From: Candidatus Acetothermia bacterium
GTDB lineage: Bacteria > Bipolaricaulota > Bipolaricaulia > M55B111
Length of the DNA stretch: 48,403 bases
Direction of reading: 5' to 3'
NCBI GenBank assembly: GCA_046543235.1
Contig: JBKGZT010000002.1
Location: 1-48,403 of the forward strand
The stretch's first letter is position 1. Every line of letters starts with the position of its first letter. The notes under the pieces are model-generated. The model worked only from the letters and a program-made list of their open reading frames with translations, was not told the DNA's origin and ran no database searches. Positions 1 through 9,830 of the stretch are shown here, piece after piece. A program made the position numbers and the translations under genes.

Positions 1-327
1 TTCCCCTTCAGTATCGCCCCCGATCTCGATCCTTTCCAGTTTCAAAGTATTTGGATTAAAAAACGCCTTGTAGGGTGGCTCTTTATCGGAATGTACGAAC
101 CTCGTCACGGCGTGTACCAGCTGGTCCAGCTCGTTCTTGTTGTTCCGGTCGTAAGGAGCGTAGGCCGGAATCCGACTATCTCCGAAAACGACGAAGGAGT
201 AACTAGCTCCCTCCGCCGACTCTCCAGCCGCCGAGCAAGCCACCGGAAGGACGGTAGCCGATACAAGCAACGCCAAAACTAACGAAACCACGTTGGTTCT
301 CTTAAGGCCTTCCTTCGAATGGTTCAT
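1..327 (-). CDS. Putative secreted lipoprotein, N-terminal part only (gene runs off the window start); possibly metallophosphoesterase-like
   Basis: ATG at 327 is preceded by a GGGGAGGGA RBS. Translation MNHSKEGLKRTNVVSLVLALLVSATVLPVACSAAGE... has a signal peptide and a lipobox-like LPVAC, followed by FVVFGDSR. The frame stays open to nt 1. It is absent from the ORF track because no stop lies in the window. Confidence 0.4.
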   Translation of the reverse strand, partial: MNHSKEGLKRTNVVSLVLALLVSATVLPVACSAAGESAEGASYSFVVFGDSRIPAYAPYDRNNKNELDQLVHAVTRFVHSDKEPPYKAFFNPNTLKLERIEIGGDTEGE

Positions 328-474
328 GGTCTTCCCTCCCCTTTCCTTCATGGATTATAGAAGAGAATCCGACAGAAAAGCAAAATTTTACTCGTTTACG
401 TTGGACATATCTCCCACAGTCCGTACCATTTTTTAAAGCAATTATCATGGTCAATACCCGCGGGGTAAAAAAAC

Positions 475-1983
475 ATGAACGAAAAATCGATCGGGAAGGT
501 CGAGACGAAGAAGTACCATTACGATGATGAGATCCAGCTTGAAAGCGGGGCCGAATTCGGCCCTATCGACGTCGCTTATGAGACCTACGGCGAGCTGAAC
601 AAGGACAAAAGCAACGCCGTACTGATCTGCCACGCTCTGACGGGAGACGCTCACGCCGCCGGCTGGCACGAGGGCGACGAAAAGCCGGGCTGGTGGGATA
701 ACATGATTGGACCAGGGAAGGCTTTCGATACGGAAAAGTACTTCCTAGTAAGCTCCAACGTCCTCGGGGGCTGCAGGGGGACCACGGGTCCAGGCTCGAT
801 AAATCCGGAAACCGGGGAGCCTTACGGGCTGGATTTTCCCGTTATAACGGTAAAAGACATGGTTACCGTCCAGAGAAAGTTGCTTGACCACCTGGGAATA
901 GACCAACTCTTCGCGGTGGCCGGTGGGTCCCTGGGTGGGATGCAGGCGCTCCAGTGGTCAATTACTTACCCAAAAGACGTGAAGTTCGTCATTCCGGTTG
1001 CGGCTACCGGCGGCTCCACGCCCCAGCAGATCGCCTTAAACGAGGTAAGACGCAGAGCAGTAATGTCGGACCCTAAATGGAAAGGAGGCGACTACTACGG
1101 CGATGAGCCCCCTGAGGACGGACTCCAGCTTGCCCGAATGATCGGCCACATTACCTATCTGAGCGATACGTCGATGAAGGAGAAATTCGGAAGAAAGCTT
1201 CAGGAGGGCGGCAAGTTCAACTTCGACTTCGAGGTCGACTTCGAGGTGGAGAACTACCTTCATTACAAGGGTGGCACCTTCGCCCAGCGGTTCGATGCAA
1301 ACTCGTACCTTTACCTGACGAAAGCGGTAGACTACTTCGACCTGACGGACGAGGACGGCTCGCTGGTCGACGCTCTTTCCGAAGTCGAGAGCAATTTTTT
1401 AGTTGTCTCCATAACGTCCGACTGGCTCTACCCTCCTTATCAGTCGAAGGAAATAGTCAAAGCCCTGGAGGCCAACGACGTGGACGTGACTTACTCGGAG
1501 ATAACTTCAACCTACGGCCACGACGCCTTCCTCCTGGAACCGGGCCAGCTTCACCACATGGTAGCCAGTTTCCTCTCGCAGGTCCTGGTCCGGGACGTCA
1601 TGCAAGGCGACGTTCCCGTAATTCATAAGGACACTTCGATCAAACGGGCCTCCGAGTGCATCATAAACAGCGATTTTACCCACATTCCGGTCGTGGAAGA
1701 AGAGGATGAACTCGTCGGAATCCTGACAGCCTGGGACGTCGCAAGCGCCGTGGCGAACGACTACGACTCCCTAGCCCCGATCATGACCACCGACGTTATT
1801 TCAGCCCTGCCTGATGAGCCGATCAAGGAAGTCACGAAAAAGATCAATAAATACAACATCTCGGCACTCCCGGTTATTGACGAAAACCATAAAGTCCTGG
1901 GCATAGTAACCAGCGACAGCATAACTCAGCTGGTCCAGGGCCAGCAGCCGATTCCGGGGACGGAAGTTATGGAAAAAGAGTAG
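475..1983 (+). CDS. metX: Homoserine O-acetyltransferase (MetX) fused to a C-terminal CBS-domain pair
   Basis: The N-terminal ~365 aa match the MetX alpha/beta-hydrolase pattern ([33 protein letters not shown]). Residues from ~370 (nt ~1582) form two CBS repeats (VRDVM...[19 protein letters not shown]; IMTTDV...[19 protein letters not shown]). Confidence 0.9.
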   Translation: MNEKSIGKVETKKYHYDDEIQLESGAEFGPIDVAYETYGELNKDKSNAVLICHALTGDAHAAGWHEGDEKPGWWDNMIGPGKAFDTEKYFLVSSNVLGGCRGTTGPGSINPETGEPYGLDFPVITVKDMVTVQRKLLDHLGIDQLFAVAGGSLGGMQALQWSITYPKDVKFVIPVAATGGSTPQQIALNEVRRRAVMSDPKWKGGDYYGDEPPEDGLQLARMIGHITYLSDTSMKEKFGRKLQEGGKFNFDFEVDFEVENYLHYKGGTFAQRFDANSYLYLTKAVDYFDLTDEDGSLVDALSEVESNFLVVSITSDWLYPPYQSKEIVKALEANDVDVTYSEITSTYGHDAFLLEPGQLHHMVASFLSQVLVRDVMQGDVPVIHKDTSIKRASECIINSDFTHIPVVEEEDELVGILTAWDVASAVANDYDSLAPIMTTDVISALPDEPIKEVTKKINKYNISALPVIDENHKVLGIVTSDSITQLVQGQQPIPGTEVMEKE

Positions 1984-2070
1984 CTCCCAGACCTTTCCTC
2001 TTAAAGTCAACGGCACTGCGATTTAAAAACCCCTGCGAAATTACATGGTAAATACCATCTTAGATCTTTT

Positions 2071-2116
2071 ACCTATACCAAGCTAATTTGATTAACGACG
2101 GTGAAAGAATTGAGAC
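2071..2116. repeat. Intergenic repeat, copy 1 (shares a 16 nt perfect core, GGTGAAAGAATTGAGA, and flanks with 45437-45509)
   Basis: ACCTATACCAAGCTAATTTGATTAACGACGGTGAAAGAATTGAGA, located between the convergent metX and carB 3' ends. Confidence 0.55.
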
Positions 2117-2137
2117 CATATTTACTGCTGGAAATTC

Positions 2138-5100
2138 TTACTTCTGATATTCCCCGAGAGTCTTGACCACGATCTCCTCCCGGGCGGAATTCTTGATCGC
2201 CCGGACCGCGGCGTGAGCGGCCTGCAGATCGGTAATATAGGGAATGTTCAGATCCACGGCAGCTCGGCGAATCTTGAAGCCGTCCCTATGCGGTTTCTTG
2301 CCTTCGGTCGGAGTGTTGACGATCAGGTCAAGCTCCTCGATCCTGTCCAAAACGTCCGGAGAACTTTTATCGACTTTATTTATCTTGCCGATCTTCACTC
2401 CCCTCTCCGCCAGAAAACCAGCGGTACCTACCGTACCCAGCAAGTCCAAACCGGCTTCCTCTAGTTCCTTCGCGATGGGCACGATTTTCTCCTTGTCCTC
2501 GTCCCTGACGCTCAACATGACGGTACCCCTGACGGGAAGTTCGTTTCCGGCAGCCAGCTGGGCCTTATAGTAGGCGAGGTCGAAGCTCTCAGCGATACCC
2601 ATCACTTCCCCGGTTGACTGCATTTCCGGTCCCAGAATTGGATCAACTCCCGGAAGGTTCTCGAACGGGGAAACCACCTCCTTTACAGCCACGTCACCGC
2701 GGGCCTTTTCAGGATAGTCAATCTCTTCCAGCGTCCTCCCGGCCATCACTTTTGCCGCGATTCTCGCAAGAGGTACGCCGGTAGCTTTGCTCAAATATGG
2801 TACGGTCCGGCTCGAGCGAGGGTTTGCCTCCAGCAGGTAGAGGTCACCATCCTTAACTGCGAGTTGTACGTTTAACAGGCCGACGACGTTTAGGGACCTC
2901 GCTATCCTCTTCACGTTTCTCTCAATTTTCGTCAGAATTTCCGGGGAAACTGACTGAGGCGGAAAGACACAAGCAGAGTCCCCGGAATGGACTCCGGCGT
3001 GCTCGATGTGCTCCATGATTCCACCAATTAAAACGTCTTTCCCGTCCGAAACCGCGTCCACATCTATTTCCGTACTGTTCTCCAGAAACCGATCTATCAA
3101 TATCGCCCCGCCCTCCCCGGATTCCAGCGACCGATCGAGATACTCGGAAAGTTCCGAACGTCCGTAGATAACTTCCATTTCACGACCTCCCAGCACGTAG
3201 GAGGGTCGAATCAGGACCGGAAACCCGATCACCTCGGCCAGTTCGATCGCCTCTTCGGCCGATCGGGCAATTCCGTTCTCGGGCTGGGAGACCTGGATCT
3301 CCGATAGTAGATCGCTAAATCGATCCCGGTCCTCTGCTACGTCCATCTTCTCCGGGGCGGTTCCATAAATTTCCGTCTTTAGGTCCTCCCTGCTCGCGAG
3401 TTCGTCTTTCAGCGGCTCGGCGAGGTTGACGGATGTCTGACCACCGAACTGAACTATAACCCCGTCCGGGTTTTCCGCCTCGATCACGTTCATCACGTCC
3501 TCCAGGGTCAGGGGGTCGAAGTAGAGTCGATCCGAGGTATCGTAATCGGTCGAGACCGTCTCCGGGTTGTTATTTAGCATAAGTGTCTCGATACCTTCCT
3601 CTTCCAGCCCCTCTATAGCGTGAACGCAGCCGTAATCGAACTCTATCCCCTGACCGATCCTGATCGGGCCTGCCCCAAGTATGAGTACCTTCTCTTCTCC
3701 TCCATCCTCCTTGACCCGGCCATCATCTCCCGTGAGTCGTTTGTTTTCCTTGTAAGTGGAGTAGAAGTAGGGGGTTTCGGCCCTGAATTCCCCGGCACAG
3801 GTATCCACGGATTTGTAATCCAGATACAGCTCCTCCTTTCTCCGTTCTTCGACCACATCTACTTCTACCCCAGCGGCCCGGGCTATTTGCTCGTCGGTGA
3901 ACCCCTTCAACTTAGCCTCAGTCAGGTTCTCCCTCCAATCTTCCTCCAGCGTATTCTCTAACTTTACGATATTCTCGAACTTACGGATCCAGAACGGATC
4001 TATCTGCGAATGCTCTGACACTTCTTCGACGTTCATTCCCGAACGGAGCGCGTCGTATATCGCGAATTTGCGTCGGTCGGTCGGTCGCTTCAGGTACTCC
4101 TCTATCTCCTCTCGGTGCTCGAAGACGTCCCTACCTTTCTCGTCGAGGCCGTCTTTTCCGATGTCAAGAGACCGGACCGCTTTGTGGATCGCCTCCTCCA
4201 GGTTTCGACCTATTGCCATAACTTCCCCGGTGGACTTCATCTGTGTCGTAAGTTCCCTGTCAACCGCCCGGAATTTTTCGAACGGCCACTTGGGGATCTT
4301 TACGACCGTGTAATCTACGGTCGGTTCGAACGCCGCCGGGGTCTCGCCGGTCACGTCGTTCGGTATTTCGTCCAGTCTCAACCCAATGGAAATCTTCGCC
4401 GCCACCCGGGCTATCGGATAACCTGTCGCTTTCGAGGCCAGGGCCGAAGAACGGGAAACACGGGGATTAACCTCCACCACTCTGTATTCGCCCGTCTCAG
4501 GGTTGAGAGCAAACTGAATGTTGCAACCACCCTCGACTCCCAGCTTTCGGATTATCTTGATAGCCGCCGAACGCAGTTTCTGGTGTTCCAGGTCCGAAAG
4601 CGTCTGAGAAGGAGCCACGACCATTGACTCGCCGGTATGGATTCCCATCGGGTCCATGTTTTCCATGTTGACGATGGTAATACATGTGTCGTTAGAGTCC
4701 CGAATGACCTCGTACTCGAACTCCTTCCAGCCCTCGATGCTCTCCTCGATCAGGACCTGATTTATCCGGGACAACTCCAGGCCCCGGGAGACTATCCTCT
4801 CGAATTCGTTCTCCGTTTTGGCCAGCCCTCCGCCGGCACCTCCAAGCGTGTAAGCCGGTCTCACTACCAGGGGAAGGCCCAGATCGTCCCTCGCTTCTTT
4901 CGCTTCCTCCAGGGTGCCGACGGGCGAACTCTCTGCCACTTTTTCGTCGACTGAATTCATAATCCCTTTGAACTTGGCCCGGTCCTCGCTATCCCTGATG
5001 GTTTCCACCGGGGTACCAAGCACCTCCACACAGTGCTCTTCCAGAACTCCCCGTTTGTCCAGCTCCGCCGTAAGGTTCAGACCAGTCTGTCCGCCCAGCC

Positions 5101-5365
5101 CGGCGGCTATTCCGTCCGGTTCCTCCCTTTCGATTACTTTCTCCAGCACCTCCGGTGTCAAAGGCTCGACGTAAACGGAATCCGCCATATCGGGATCCGT
5201 CATTATCGTTGCAGGATTGGAATTAACTAAAGCAACCTCCACTCCTTCCTCCCGTAAACCCTGACATGCCTGAGAGCCGGAGTAGTCGAATTCGGCCGCC
5301 TGACCGATTCGGATCGGTCCACTTCCAACAAGCAGGACTTTCTCGATATCGGAACGTTTAGGCAA
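2138..5365 (-). CDS. carB: Carbamoyl-phosphate synthase large subunit
   Basis: Duplicated ATP-grasp halves (LPKRSDIEKVLLVGSGPIRIGQAAEFDYSG and KVLILGAGPIRIGQGIEFDY) plus a C-terminal MGS-like domain. The track ORF extends to 5470. I place the start at TTG 5365, which has a GGAGG RBS at 5371-5375 and overlaps the carA stop. Confidence 0.95.
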   Translation of the reverse strand: MPKRSDIEKVLLVGSGPIRIGQAAEFDYSGSQACQGLREEGVEVALVNSNPATIMTDPDMADSVYVEPLTPEVLEKVIEREEPDGIAAGLGGQTGLNLTAELDKRGVLEEHCVEVLGTPVETIRDSEDRAKFKGIMNSVDEKVAESSPVGTLEEAKEARDDLGLPLVVRPAYTLGGAGGGLAKTENEFERIVSRGLELSRINQVLIEESIEGWKEFEYEVIRDSNDTCITIVNMENMDPMGIHTGESMVVAPSQTLSDLEHQKLRSAAIKIIRKLGVEGGCNIQFALNPETGEYRVVEVNPRVSRSSALASKATGYPIARVAAKISIGLRLDEIPNDVTGETPAAFEPTVDYTVVKIPKWPFEKFRAVDRELTTQMKSTGEVMAIGRNLEEAIHKAVRSLDIGKDGLDEKGRDVFEHREEIEEYLKRPTDRRKFAIYDALRSGMNVEEVSEHSQIDPFWIRKFENIVKLENTLEEDWRENLTEAKLKGFTDEQIARAAGVEVDVVEERRKEELYLDYKSVDTCAGEFRAETPYFYSTYKENKRLTGDDGRVKEDGGEEKVLILGAGPIRIGQGIEFDYGCVHAIEGLEEEGIETLMLNNNPETVSTDYDTSDRLYFDPLTLEDVMNVIEAENPDGVIVQFGGQTSVNLAEPLKDELASREDLKTEIYGTAPEKMDVAEDRDRFSDLLSEIQVSQPENGIARSAEEAIELAEVIGFPVLIRPSYVLGGREMEVIYGRSELSEYLDRSLESGEGGAILIDRFLENSTEIDVDAVSDGKDVLIGGIMEHIEHAGVHSGDSACVFPPQSVSPEILTKIERNVKRIARSLNVVGLLNVQLAVKDGDLYLLEANPRSSRTVPYLSKATGVPLARIAAKVMAGRTLEEIDYPEKARGDVAVKEVVSPFENLPGVDPILGPEMQSTGEVMGIAESFDLAYYKAQLAAGNELPVRGTVMLSVRDEDKEKIVPIAKELEEAGLDLLGTVGTAGFLAERGVKIGKINKVDKSSPDVLDRIEELDLIVNTPTEGKKPHRDGFKIRRAAVDLNIPYITDLQAAHAAVRAIKNSAREEIVVKTLGEYQK

Positions 5366-6443
5366 AACTACCTCCCATAATTTCTTCGACCCGATCGAAA
5401 AACGTTTCTTCCGTGTCTTTCGGTCCTGGAGAAGCTTCCGGATGATATTGAACGGCAAATACGCCGTCATCCTCGTCCTCGATAGCTTCCACCGTACCGT
5501 CTATCGAGTTGGTTTCGGTGACTTCCAGTCCTGTACTCTTAAGGGACTCGCCGTCAATCGCGAAGCCGTGGTTCTGGGATGTAATATTCACCACCCCCGA
5601 ACGGTGATCCTTCACAGGCTGGTTTGCCCCTCTGTGTCCGAACTTTAGCTTATAGGTCTCACCGCCTAGCGCCCGGGAAATAATCTGCGCACCGAAACAA
5701 ATCCCGAACAGAGGTAGGCGGCCGTAGAAGCTCTTCGCGACTGACTCAGGAATACGGGCTTTAGCCGGATCACCCGGGCCGTTAGTAAAAAATATTCCGT
5801 CCGGGTCGTAGGATTCGACCTCCTCCGGGTCCGTGTCGTGAGGCAACAGAGCCACCTCGAAACCCCTATTCACAAGGTTCCTCAATATGTTTCTCTTCAC
5901 TCCGGTATCGATCACGGCCATCCTGAGGCCGTTTTCTCCCAGGAACCTCCCCTGGTCCGAGCTGACCTCGGGGATCAACTCCTTTTCCGTGATAGGCGGC
6001 TGGTTTTTCGCCAGAGATGCCACCTCTCTTTGTTCGAATTCACCAACGGCAATGGCCGACTTAACCGTTCCTTTCTTTCTTATTTTCAGCGTCAGATCCC
6101 TCGTATCGACTCCGACAATTCCGCGGGAGCCGTTAACTTCCAGGAACTCTGATACGGTTCCCTCCGATTCCATGTGATCAGGAAGAGGGTTTATCTCCCT
6201 GGCAACGATCCCTTCCGCCTTTACCGAATCCGACTGGCGACTTTTCTCTTGAATCCCGTAGTTTCCAATCAAAGGATAAGTAAACATCAAATTTTGCCCC
6301 TTATAGGAAGGATCGGTCAGGGATTCTTCGTAGCCGGTAAATGACGTATTGAAAACGAGCTCGCCGAGCGAGACCCCGTCGGCGCCTAGACCCTTTCCTT
6401 CTATAACGGTGCCGTCTTCAAGTGCAAGCAGACCCTTTTTCAT
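5358..6443 (-). CDS. carA: Carbamoyl-phosphate synthase small (glutamine amidotransferase) subunit
   Basis: CarA N-domain (FTGYEESLTDPSYKGQ) and a class-I GATase (GICFGAQ, YHPE). The start ATG overlaps the argH stop (ATGA at 6440-6443). Confidence 0.95.
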   Translation of the reverse strand: MKKGLLALEDGTVIEGKGLGADGVSLGELVFNTSFTGYEESLTDPSYKGQNLMFTYPLIGNYGIQEKSRQSDSVKAEGIVAREINPLPDHMESEGTVSEFLEVNGSRGIVGVDTRDLTLKIRKKGTVKSAIAVGEFEQREVASLAKNQPPITEKELIPEVSSDQGRFLGENGLRMAVIDTGVKRNILRNLVNRGFEVALLPHDTDPEEVESYDPDGIFFTNGPGDPAKARIPESVAKSFYGRLPLFGICFGAQIISRALGGETYKLKFGHRGANQPVKDHRSGVVNITSQNHGFAIDGESLKSTGLEVTETNSIDGTVEAIEDEDDGVFAVQYHPEASPGPKDTEETFFDRVEEIMGGSFA

Positions 6444-7840
6444 CTTTCCCCTCCATCATCGTCTCCGTACGAACTCTTCTTTCCGAGGCTCTTCAGGGCC
6501 AATCGGAAGTTCGTACTTTCGGCGGTCCACCTCTTTCTTTTTTCCTCCAGCTCCGCCCAGCTGTCCTCAAGACATAGGTTCCCGGGACCACCCTGGTGGT
6601 CTCTTGACTCGATAACGTCCCTAATTCGATCGGGGTCGATTCTTCCGCCCGTATCGGTGGAACCAAGCTCTTCCTTGACCGCCCTGTAGGCTTCTCGAAA
6701 TGGCTCCCCTTTCTCGACCCGGGAGAAGACCTTATCAGTTGCAAATACTTCTTCCGAAAAAGCGGCTTTCAGGTTTCGCTCATTTAACTCCAGGTTCTCT
6801 ATCAGCGGCGAAAGTACCTCGATCGATTCGTGGATAGAATCCAGCCCTTCCATCAGGGACCTTTTAGTTTCCTGCAGATCCCTGCTGTAGCCAGCCCGAA
6901 GGCCGTGCAGAAGCGCAAATATCTCCGACAGGTAGCCGGAGAAACGGGAAGTCCTGCCACGAACCAACTCGAGAACATCAGGGTTTTTCTTCTGGGGCAT
7001 TATTGAAGAACCCGTCGTAAACGGCTGAGGAATCGTAAAGTATCCGAATTGCTCGTCGCTAAATACAATCAAATCCTCGGCCAGCCGTGATAAGTCGAGT
7101 GCAACTCCGGCAAGCCCGGATAGAAGCTGGAACTCGAATTTCCCCCGGCTATTCATTACGTAGATCGCGTTTTTCTGAACTTTTCCGAAACCGAGCAGGC
7201 CAGCTGTTAGCTCCCTGTTTAGCCTAACGGGGACTCCGTAACCCGCCCCGGCTCCGAGCGGGGACTGGTCCAGCAGCTCTAGCGAGGAGCCCAGCGGAAC
7301 CAGGTCATCCAGAAGAGCTTCGGCATAAGATCCGGCCCAGAGACCGACCGAAGAGGGCATGGCTTTCCTGCTGTGGGTAAAACCCACCATCGGCGTACTG
7401 GCTCCTTCTTCAGCTAATTCAAGCAGCGACTCGATCAGTTCGAATAAGGCATCAACTACGCCGAATAATCCGTCCTTCGCGTAAAGCCGCAGGTCCACCA
7501 TCACCTGATCGTTGCGCGATCTGGCAGTGTGTAGCTTGCCTCCGAGCTCGCCCAGTTCATCCGTTAGTTCGTTTTCCACCCTCGTGTGGATGTCCTCATC
7601 GTCCGAAGTGAGCTCTATTTCTTCCTCAAGAAGATTCCTCAGTCCTTCCCTTAACTCTTCCGCTTCCGAAGAGGTTAGCAGGCCGATTTCTTCCAATCCA
7701 GTTACGTGGGCAATCGAACCTAATATATCGTAGTCGGCCAGCCGCTGGTCGTACCCCACGTCAGCGCCCGCCGTGAACTCCTCCACCAGCTCTACCAGCC
7801 CGGATTCGTCTCTTCTACCTTCAAGCTCCCAGACTTTCAT
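6440..7840 (-). CDS. argH: Argininosuccinate lyase
   Basis: Fumarate-lyase family signature GSSIMPQKKNPD, plus TGRSRND-like ARSRNDQV. ATGA overlap with the argG stop. Confidence 0.95.
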   Translation of the reverse strand: MKVWELEGRRDESGLVELVEEFTAGADVGYDQRLADYDILGSIAHVTGLEEIGLLTSSEAEELREGLRNLLEEEIELTSDDEDIHTRVENELTDELGELGGKLHTARSRNDQVMVDLRLYAKDGLFGVVDALFELIESLLELAEEGASTPMVGFTHSRKAMPSSVGLWAGSYAEALLDDLVPLGSSLELLDQSPLGAGAGYGVPVRLNRELTAGLLGFGKVQKNAIYVMNSRGKFEFQLLSGLAGVALDLSRLAEDLIVFSDEQFGYFTIPQPFTTGSSIMPQKKNPDVLELVRGRTSRFSGYLSEIFALLHGLRAGYSRDLQETKRSLMEGLDSIHESIEVLSPLIENLELNERNLKAAFSEEVFATDKVFSRVEKGEPFREAYRAVKEELGSTDTGGRIDPDRIRDVIESRDHQGGPGNLCLEDSWAELEEKRKRWTAESTNFRLALKSLGKKSSYGDDDGGER

Positions 7841-9126
7841 TCTTCTTTTGAATTTTTCTGCTTGTTGAAACCAACCCGGGTCGGCAGGCTCCAGATATCG
7901 ATGAAGCCTTCCGAAGAGGACTGATCGAATGTGCTACCCTCGTCGTAGGTCGCCAGCGAGTAGCTATAGAGGCCGTTTTCCGAGCTCCGGCCGGTTACCG
8001 TGGCTTTTCCCTTGTAGAGTTTTAGCTCTATGGTTCCCTCGACCTTTTCGTTTACCTTGTCAATGTAGGCATTAAGATCGGCCATCAGCGGATCGAAGGC
8101 CAGTCCCTGATAGACCATTTCCGCCCACTTCTTATCGACCATGGGTTTGAACCCATTCTCGTGCCGGGTCGAGCAGTACTTTTCGAGCTCCTCGTGGGCC
8201 TTTAGTATTACCGATGCTGCCGGTGTCTCGTAAATTTCGCGGGACTTGAGGCCGACGATTCTATCTTCCACCATATCAATCAAACCGACGCCGTGTTTTC
8301 CAGCCAGTTCCGTGAGTTCTTTTATCAGAGGAACCAGATCGGTCTCTTTCCCGTTCAGCTTTACCGGAACTCCACTTTCGAAGGTCAGCTCGACGTATTC
8401 CGGTTCGTCCGGAGCTTCCTCCACCGGATTGACCAGCTCGTGGACGTCATTCGGGGGCTCCACCGCCGGGTTCTCCAGCTCTCCGCATTCGACACTTCTC
8501 CCCCAGAGGTTTTCGTCGATCGAATAGGGTGAACCTTCGTCCACCGGTATGGGGATACCTTTTTTCTCCGCGTAATCGAGCTCCTCGTCGCGACCCATAT
8601 CCCACTTTCGGATCGGGGCCAGAACCTCAACCGACTCGTCCAGGGCCGTTATGGAGGCCTCGAACCTTACCTGGTCGTTGCCCTTGCCCGTACTGCCGTG
8701 TGCTATGGCGGATATATCCTCTGATTTGGCGTACTCAACGGCGATTTCGCTCATCAGCGGTCTGGCCAGTGCGGTGCTTAAAGGATAACTGTCCTGGTAT
8801 AGTCCGTTTGCTTTTATACTTTGCGCGATGTATTCTTCCGCAAACTGCTCCTTTGCGTCAATTACGAAAGCGTTCTCTGCACCCAGGTCGAGGGCCTTTT
8901 CCTTTACCTTATCCAAATGTGCTTCCCGTTGTCCGACGTCAACCGTAAACGTGGAAACTTTCGCTTCGTACTTATCCTGGATCCAGGTCAGCATGACCGA
9001 GGTATCCAGGCCGCCGGAGTACATTAACAGTACGTGATCGATTTGATCCTTGGTTTCTGGATCGACTTCCAAACTCGATGCTTCTGCTTTTGTAGATTTC
9101 ATCTTAGTTGCCTTGCTCAATGACAT
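7837..9126 (-). CDS. argG: Argininosuccinate synthase
   Basis: YSGGLDTSV N-type ATP-pyrophosphatase motif, HGSTGKGNDQVRFE, and GRSVECG-type motifs. The start is uncertain: GTG 9129, ATG 9126 or ATG 9102. All leave an unusual ~20-30 aa leader before the YSGGLDTS core. Confidence 0.9.
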   Translation of the reverse strand: MSLSKATKMKSTKAEASSLEVDPETKDQIDHVLLMYSGGLDTSVMLTWIQDKYEAKVSTFTVDVGQREAHLDKVKEKALDLGAENAFVIDAKEQFAEEYIAQSIKANGLYQDSYPLSTALARPLMSEIAVEYAKSEDISAIAHGSTGKGNDQVRFEASITALDESVEVLAPIRKWDMGRDEELDYAEKKGIPIPVDEGSPYSIDENLWGRSVECGELENPAVEPPNDVHELVNPVEEAPDEPEYVELTFESGVPVKLNGKETDLVPLIKELTELAGKHGVGLIDMVEDRIVGLKSREIYETPAASVILKAHEELEKYCSTRHENGFKPMVDKKWAEMVYQGLAFDPLMADLNAYIDKVNEKVEGTIELKLYKGKATVTGRSSENGLYSYSLATYDEGSTFDQSSSEGFIDIWSLPTRVGFNKQKNSKEE

Positions 9127-9830
9127 CACCTCAGAAAGTTCTGGTTTTAGATGGGATATACGAAAATTACCGGTAGGCCGCTCTGCCGGGGCCGGACTAT
9201 GTATCGCCGGAAATCCGAGAATTAGCAGAGGTCCCGGAGAAAAGATCTAATTTATATGGAATAAAAAAAGAATTAGAGAGAGGTTAGCCCTCTCCTCAAC
9301 GGAGAGATAGCGGAGATGAGGAAGCCATTTAGAAGACGGAAAGTGAGTTTAGAGTGCTTAACTGTTGTGGTCATGATTCGGCCACCTCTTAGGGAGGAAT
9401 TTATGGTATAGTGTATTCGATTTCAAGGGTAGTTTTTTCTATTTTCCTATTTGACCGGAAAACCAAATAGTTTAAAGGTATCCCGAGGTAAAGTTGAAAT
9501 ATGAATAAATATTATCTCCATAAATGCAAATTCGTGGGTTGAATTTCCCTTTCACGTTCGTTAAACTCGATTCCAATATAGGCGGGAGAAAATATGACCC
9601 TAGAATCTATTACGAAGGAGAGCTTCTCGACGAATGGTTTAAGTACCGGTACCAAATCCGGTATTGCTCTCCTGTTATCCCCGCTGCACTCCAGGCCGAA
9701 GGGGATTTAATCCCCTTTCATATCTAAACTAAATTTTTCTATTCTCTTCTCGTTATCTGTTTCTTTTTCAGTAAAGGTAGAGTACATTACAGAGATTTTA
9801 ACTATTACATAAATTCAGGAGGTGTTTACA

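Noticed and set aside
5366-5470. N-terminal 35 aa extension of carB in the ORF track
   Set aside because: The extension overlaps carA by >100 nt and is not CarB-like. A TTG at 5365 with a GGAGG RBS gives the canonical LPKRSDI N-terminus.
9500-9517. ARG-box-like sequence ATGAATAAATATTATC in the arg/lys control region
   Set aside because: Only one half-site (TGAAT) is perfect; the other (ATTAT versus ATTCA) has two mismatches. In such AT-rich DNA this is expected by chance. No second tandem box was seen.
9560-9720. Possible lysine riboswitch upstream of lysW
   Set aside because: The hallmark L-box elements as I recall them (AGAGGCGC start, GCGCCGAAGG, CUGUCA) are not recognisable. Only a GCCGAAGGGG fragment is present. 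I kept it as a generic structured leader in the findings.
9524-9727. 67 aa ORF in the argG-lysW intergenic region
   Set aside because: It has no RBS, an AT-rich codon composition unlike neighbouring genes, and no recognisable motif. Its 3' end coincides with the hairpins that I interpret as RNA structure.
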